The notes beneath the pieces are model-generated. The model did no database searches, was not told the DNA's origin, and saw only the letters and a list, made by a program, of their open reading frames with translations. The position numbers were made by a program, and so were the translations under genes. Below, in pieces: positions 49,916-55,228 of a stretch of 55,228 nt of DNA. Origin of the DNA: Welwitschia mirabilis (taxonomy: Eukaryota); the NCBI GenBank assembly GCA_051453625.1, contig JBOZIK010000001.1, forward strand, positions 43,207,811-43,263,038. The letters are read 5' to 3'. Positions within the stretch are counted from its first letter, which is position 1, and every line of letters starts with the position of its first letter.

Positions 49916-50479
49916 ATGTAAATCATACTTATTCTCTACCATTATTCTTATTGATAGGACTTTAAAGAGGAATTGTTACTTACATTAAGATTAATGGATT
50001 TACCATTGGAACCCATAATTTCAAGGAAGCTCAATTTACTAGTGAAGAAAGATATAATAAAAATGATAATAAGAAGGATGTGAAGATTATGCTTGCAAGA
50101 ATTTCTGAAGATGTAAATTAGTATACTGATCTTATAAATAATAGAAATCTATTAGTGTGGATAATGCATCATATTAAAAATAGAGTGGAGCTTTGTAGCA
50201 TTTTATTTCCTTCTTCCTACAAGGTATCTACGTCTAGTACTCCCAAGTCTAGCCACCCATCTACTAATAATGATAACCACTTTCTTGATATTAAAGAGGG
50301 AACCTTGAGAAAGTTGAGAAACACTCCTGTAAATAAGAGTCTAAACTCAACATGCATATGCTTTATTAATGATTTGTATTATCTTGGTAAACATTACATA
50401 TTGTTGGTATGCAAGTGATCCATGATTAGCATCCACTTTCCTATGTTCTAATAATAAATGAATAATACTTCTATGTGGA

Positions 50480-51300
50480 TAGTTACTTGAATGATGTGGA
50501 AAATCTTTTTCTTATGATACTAATTATGCAAGAGCATCAATGTCCTTTAGTATTTTTAAGAAATGATAAGTGAGAGTTGATTTTTAAAATGATTACATTT
50601 GTAAGAGGCAATTATGAAATCTCTTGAAAATGCACTTAGTAATATAATAAAAAGTTCCTTTAAACTCCTTTAATAATCCTTAATAATGTTAGCATTTCTT
50701 ACAGGCTTTTCTATATAGCTAATATCTTAATACTAGTTTTTCACATTATTACTTGGTTTTGTCTCTATTATTTCTAAGAGAAAATAGAAATACATTTTGT
50801 AATCCAAATTCACATACTAAAATATTTCATAAAAATAAAACTCCAATGTCATTGACCTTCTCTTCCATTCTAAAAACACCAGAAGCATTGAAGTATATCA
50901 TTTCTTCATTATATTTAATAGCCACAAGAAAATAATTTAGAATCTCATTAAATCCGTAATTAAGAATATGTAGATAGAATTTCAGAGGTTCCTCTATTAT
51001 TATGAATGTAAAAATTACTATTAATGCTAGTAATAAGTGTCATCCTTATCCATTGCATTTCATAATCTTATCAGATTTTTTAGCAACAATTTCCATTATT
51101 ATGAATAATAGAAAGAACATATGTAATACTCATCTAAGTCACAAGAATGTCATTTCTGATAATTACACTAGAATTGATTGATTTTCAAATCCAACGCAAA
51201 TTCTGAATAATATCTAACTCAAAAAATGAGCACAATGATGCTCAAATTACTATCATTAAGTCCATAACAATTTTTAAAAAATGCACCTTTTAAACCTCAT
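50480..51300 (-). pseudogene. Possible second, highly decayed PLS-class PPR relic
   Basis: Minus-strand fragments LKNLIRL*NAMDKDDTYY*, EEPLKFYLHILNYGF...NYFLVAIK and LLQM*SF*KSTLTYHFLKILKDIDALA loosely follow S/P/L motif spacing. Confidence 0.35.
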
Positions 51301-52801
51301 TCATTTAAAGGGTAATCATCATGCTCACACTCTAGCTCAAGAAGATGCCAATTATTGTTTTACATAGACAAAAATAAAAATAGCTATACGAGATCTTCCA
51401 TAACATACTTGGCTCAAAATGCCAATGAGATTTTTATGCAATATTAAAAATGAAAGGTTATTGAACTCAGTAAAATACCAGAGGAAGAAACAAGTAAAAT
51501 TATGATCTATTAAATAAAGGTCAGAGAGAGGAAAAAAAAAGAGGGAGTTACCTCTGTCATGGAAAGTTATGATGATTGAGTAAAAATTTGGAGGAATATT
51601 TAACATCTAGAAGCTAAAAGAAGATTTTCAAAAGAAATTTACGTATTAGTGAAAGAACCTAAGAGCTTCATCCATTCAATGAAATAAAGAAGCAGTCTAG
51701 GGGATAATCTTTAAACATATTAAAATGGATGACTTCAAAAGAATGATATAAATACAAATACCTTATTATATAAACCTAGCAAGCCTGTAAAAGATAAAGT
51801 AATTACTTGATTGCACTAGTTGCAAATCTTAAATTTCAAAAAAAAAAAAAAAAAAACAAATTCTAAAAGGGATTGTTTAAGAATCCTAAAATAATGTAGG
51901 AATTTTCCCCATACTAGTTAGTAAGAATGCCAGCATTCTAACAAACAAATCTAATTTGATTTTAATAATTGTAAAAATTCTTAGTATTATTCATCCTTGC
52001 AATTCAATTCCAGCTTTTTTGTTTATCTTCTAGAATAGCATGTCAAACGTTTATTAAAATGTTTGCATCTCATGTTTGCATATTTGCATAACAAGTGTTT
52101 ATGAAAATGATAACATTATTTTCTAGCATTTTTTATGGTAGAGAGAAATACAAATCATAACCTTGATAGTCTTGACTAATAATCATGCTAAATAACTCCA
52201 TCAAATTTTTGTTCATCTGAACATCCTTTACTCGAATGAGTGAATAGTAATAGATATAATTAGTTTGTCCATCTACTTAAAATAATTATTTTTGTTAAAT
52301 GTTTTTGCAATGTTAATTTATGATTTTGGTTAATTGTAATTTTACTTAGTGCCCTCCTTCTAGCACTAAAAATGTTATGACTATTTCATGCAATGTTTAT
52401 GTTTATTGTGATTTTGATTTTCCAAATGATGTTTGAATTTTATATAGGTTTCCCTTCTAAATTAGACTAAAATCTTATTAAAACCAAAATAAGATGGACC
52501 ATAAAAATCAATTTTATTTAAAAGTAATATGCAAAAAAAATTGATAAATGTTTTAAAATTAATTGGAGATGCTTCACATGATCTATGCATAAAACTCATT
52601 AAAGACAATTCACATGATCTAACCTTTGGATAAATGAAATGAAGCTAGCAAAATTTAAGATTAGAACATAAGATCTGAAAATAGATGCCTAGAGTTTACG
52701 ACTCTTAGGATTAATAGTAACACATATTAATCTTTATAAGTAAATTTCTTTGAAGAACAAATAGGAATAAAAATAAAATTAATAAAGTTTGTCATAGATT
52801 A

Positions 52802-55228
52802 TGTTGTGATACTAATTTGTAGAAATTTGATGGTGTATTTAGAGTACTTTTACATGACATTTATATAAGTTTAGATGCAATTTTGCTGATTATGGAGAGA
52901 CAACAAGATGATCATAAAAACATTTAATTTTTAGCATAATTGAAGTCATTTAAGGCATGTTCTGATACTTAGCATATTGAAGGAGGACTACAGGTGAAGA
53001 AGACAAATTTACACTACTTGAGGGGCTTAGGAAGAGTGTTGGATAGCTCATTATGAAAGCTAAACAGAAATAGTCCATGGGCAACACTTGGACAATNNNN
53101 NNNNNNNNNNNNNNNNNNNNNNNNNNNNNNNNNNNNNNNNNNNNNNNNNNNNNNNNNNNNNNNNNNNNNNNNNNNNNNNNNNNNNNNNNNNNNNNNNNNN
53201 NNNNNNNNNNNNNNNNNNNNNNNNNNNNNNNNNNNNNNNNNNNNNNNNNNNNNNNNNNNNNNNNNNNNNNNNNNNNNNNNNNNNNNNNNNNNNNNNNNNN
53301 NNNNNNNNNNNNNNNNNNNNNNNNNNNNNNNNNNNNNNNNNNNNNNNNNNNNNNNNNNNNNNNNNNNNNNNNNNNNNNNNNNNNNNNNNNNNNNNNNNNN
53401 NNNNNNNNNNNNNNNNNNNNNNNNNNNNNNNNNNNNNNNNNNNNNNNNNNNNNNNNNNNNNNNNNNNNNNNNNNNNNNNNNNNNNNNNNNNNNNNNNNNN
53501 NNNNNNNNNNNNNNNNNNNNNNNNNNNNNNNNNNNNNNNNNNNNNNNNNNNNNNNNNNNNNNNNNNNNNNNNNNNNNNNNNNNNNNNNNNNNNNNNNNNN
53601 NNNNNNNNNNNNNNNNNNNNNNNNNNNNNNNNNNNNNNNNNNNNNNNNNNNNNNNNNNNNNNNNNNNNNNNNNNNNNNNNNNNNNNNNNNNNNNNNNNNN
53701 NNNNNNNNNNNNNNNNNNNNNNNNNNNNNNNNNNNNNNNNNNNNNNNNNNNNNNNNNNNNNNNNNNNNNNNNNNNNNNNNNNNNNNNNNNNNNNNNNNNN
53801 NNNNNNNNNNNNNNNNNNNNNNNNNNNNNNNNNNNNNNNNNNNNNNNNNNNNNNNNNNNNNNNNNNNNNNNNNNNNNNNNNNNNNNNNNNNNNNNNNNNN
53901 NNNNNNNNNNNNNNNNNNNNNNNNNNNNNNNNNNNNNNNNNNNNNNNNNNNNNNNNNNNNNNNNNNNNNNNNNNNNNNTTTTCACTTCCATGCACTTGCA
54001 TTTTATCTTTATTTATTTGAATTGCATTTCTTTATTATTTACTTTCTTTTAGTAAAAGATAAAAGACCAAAACTACCTTTAGAAATCAATTCTCTAACTC
54101 TAAGTCTAGTGCCTTTGTTGGGATTATGACATTCGGGTAAACTCCTGTCTATACTAGCATGTGTTTTTCTATAAGTTATATGATTTATAGGTTTACCTAA
54201 AGAGCTTCAGGATTGTATAAATTCACACTACAACATTTTGGCATCANNNNNNNNNNNNNNNNNNNNNNNNNNNNNNNNNNNNNNNNNNNNNNNNNNNNNN
54301 NNNNNNNNNNNNNNNNNNNNNNNNNNNNNNNNNNNNNNNNNNNNNNCTGTCTATACTAGCATGTGTTTTTCTGTAAGTTATATGATTTATAGGTTTACCT
54401 AAAGAGCTTCAGGATTGTATAAATTCACACTACAACATTTTGGCATCATTGCTAGGGAAGGCCGTAAGGAGCTAAGAGTATTGTTATTAATCAGATAAGT
54501 ACCTTGAATCTTTTTATTCATGTTACTTATTTGAATTAATGTTATATTTCTTGTGTAATTTAAGGTAGATTTATTTTGGCAAAATTTTGTTTTCTATAAC
54601 TTTTAAGAACCTGTCATTTTCTCTATTGTCCAGACAACATATGGAATGACAGTTTTAAAATTTTGAATTTAGTTTTTGTTTTCGCAATTTTGCTTTTATT
54701 CACAGTTTAGTAAAACTATCGTCCTATACATCGTCCACATGATAGTAACGATGACATTCTTAGTTTCAGTAATTTTTGTTCTATATTTTCTAGAGTTCTG
54801 TTGTTTTTAGAGTTTAGTTTGTCTATCATTATTATCCTAACTGTCGTCCCCACGACCTGGTGGATGAGAGTCCATTGCATTTGATTTTGGTTTTTGTTTA
54901 CTGTTTTTACATGCAAGGATACAAGGAATTCTAGAAGAAAGACAAAATATCAGCCAACAAGAAAATGGATTAACAAAAACATCAAGAATTATTTGACTTC
55001 AAATAAAAATCCAGGTATGCATAACATAATGCAAATTCTTGAATTTCTTTTTTTTTTTTCTATCTTAGAATTAGATTTTCTTTTCTCTATATAGTTAATT
55101 TGCAATAATTATTTCACATCTTTTAAGTGTTAAGAAATAACAACCTCAAATGATAAACCATTTAAGAATCTTGATCTTCATTGTGTACCTATCTTCCTTA
55201 CCATTTTAAATATAAACTCTTTTATTTT
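52802..55228 (+). mobile_element. Athila-like element I, 5' end (LTR, PBS, 5' UTR)
   Basis: LTR start TGTTGTGATACTAATTTGTAG at 52802. LTR end CACTACAACA at 54235 (repeated at 54437 across a gap). UTR colinear with those of A and D. Confidence 0.85.
54441..54458 (+). promoter_or_regulatory. PBS (tRNA-Asp type) of element I
   Basis: TGGCATCATTGCTAGGGA vs TGGCGCCGTTGCCGGGGA: five differences, all transitions at CG/CCG sites. Confidence 0.88.

Noticed and set aside
28671-54129. Long ORFs of 247-350 aa in the ORF track
   Set aside because: They consist almost wholly of X from N runs.
54146-54448. Apparent second LTR end and PBS in element I
   Set aside because: Near-identical ~100 bp copies around a 100-N gap indicate an assembly overlap, unlike the diverged duplication at 12.5-13.1 kb.

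Overview
Gene-free, very AT-rich, strongly CpG/CHG-depleted eukaryotic (plant) draft-assembly scaffold, made almost entirely of old, decayed, nested LTR retrotransposons. No intact CDS, RNA gene or CRISPR array is supported. 1-24.6 kb: five nested Athila-like Ty3/gypsy elements (B into A, A into C's gag, D into C's LTR, E into D's pol) with tRNA-Asp PBSs. D carries a decayed env-like/extra ORF and the copies share a splice donor just after the PBS. 26.1-26.8 kb: a decayed PLS-class PPR gene relic, with a weaker second relic near 50.5-51.3 kb. 28.4-32.3 kb: the 5' part of a related element with a tRNA-Lys-like PBS and a G-tract. 32.3-45.6 kb: a Tekay-like chromovirus region with three related LTRs. 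Its 5' internal region holds a decayed antisense multi-exon gene with its own TATA/telo-box promoter next to an array of a short GACGTCGCAC-derived motif, the most unusual structure in the window. The same block contains an Athila solo LTR and a copia gag-protease fragment. The remainder holds a deleted Tekay-like remnant, a short CpG-rich organelle-like insert and the 5' end of another Athila element. A gymnosperm host is inferred only, from RT features and base composition. Translations and alignments were done by eye, and several boundaries are approximate.
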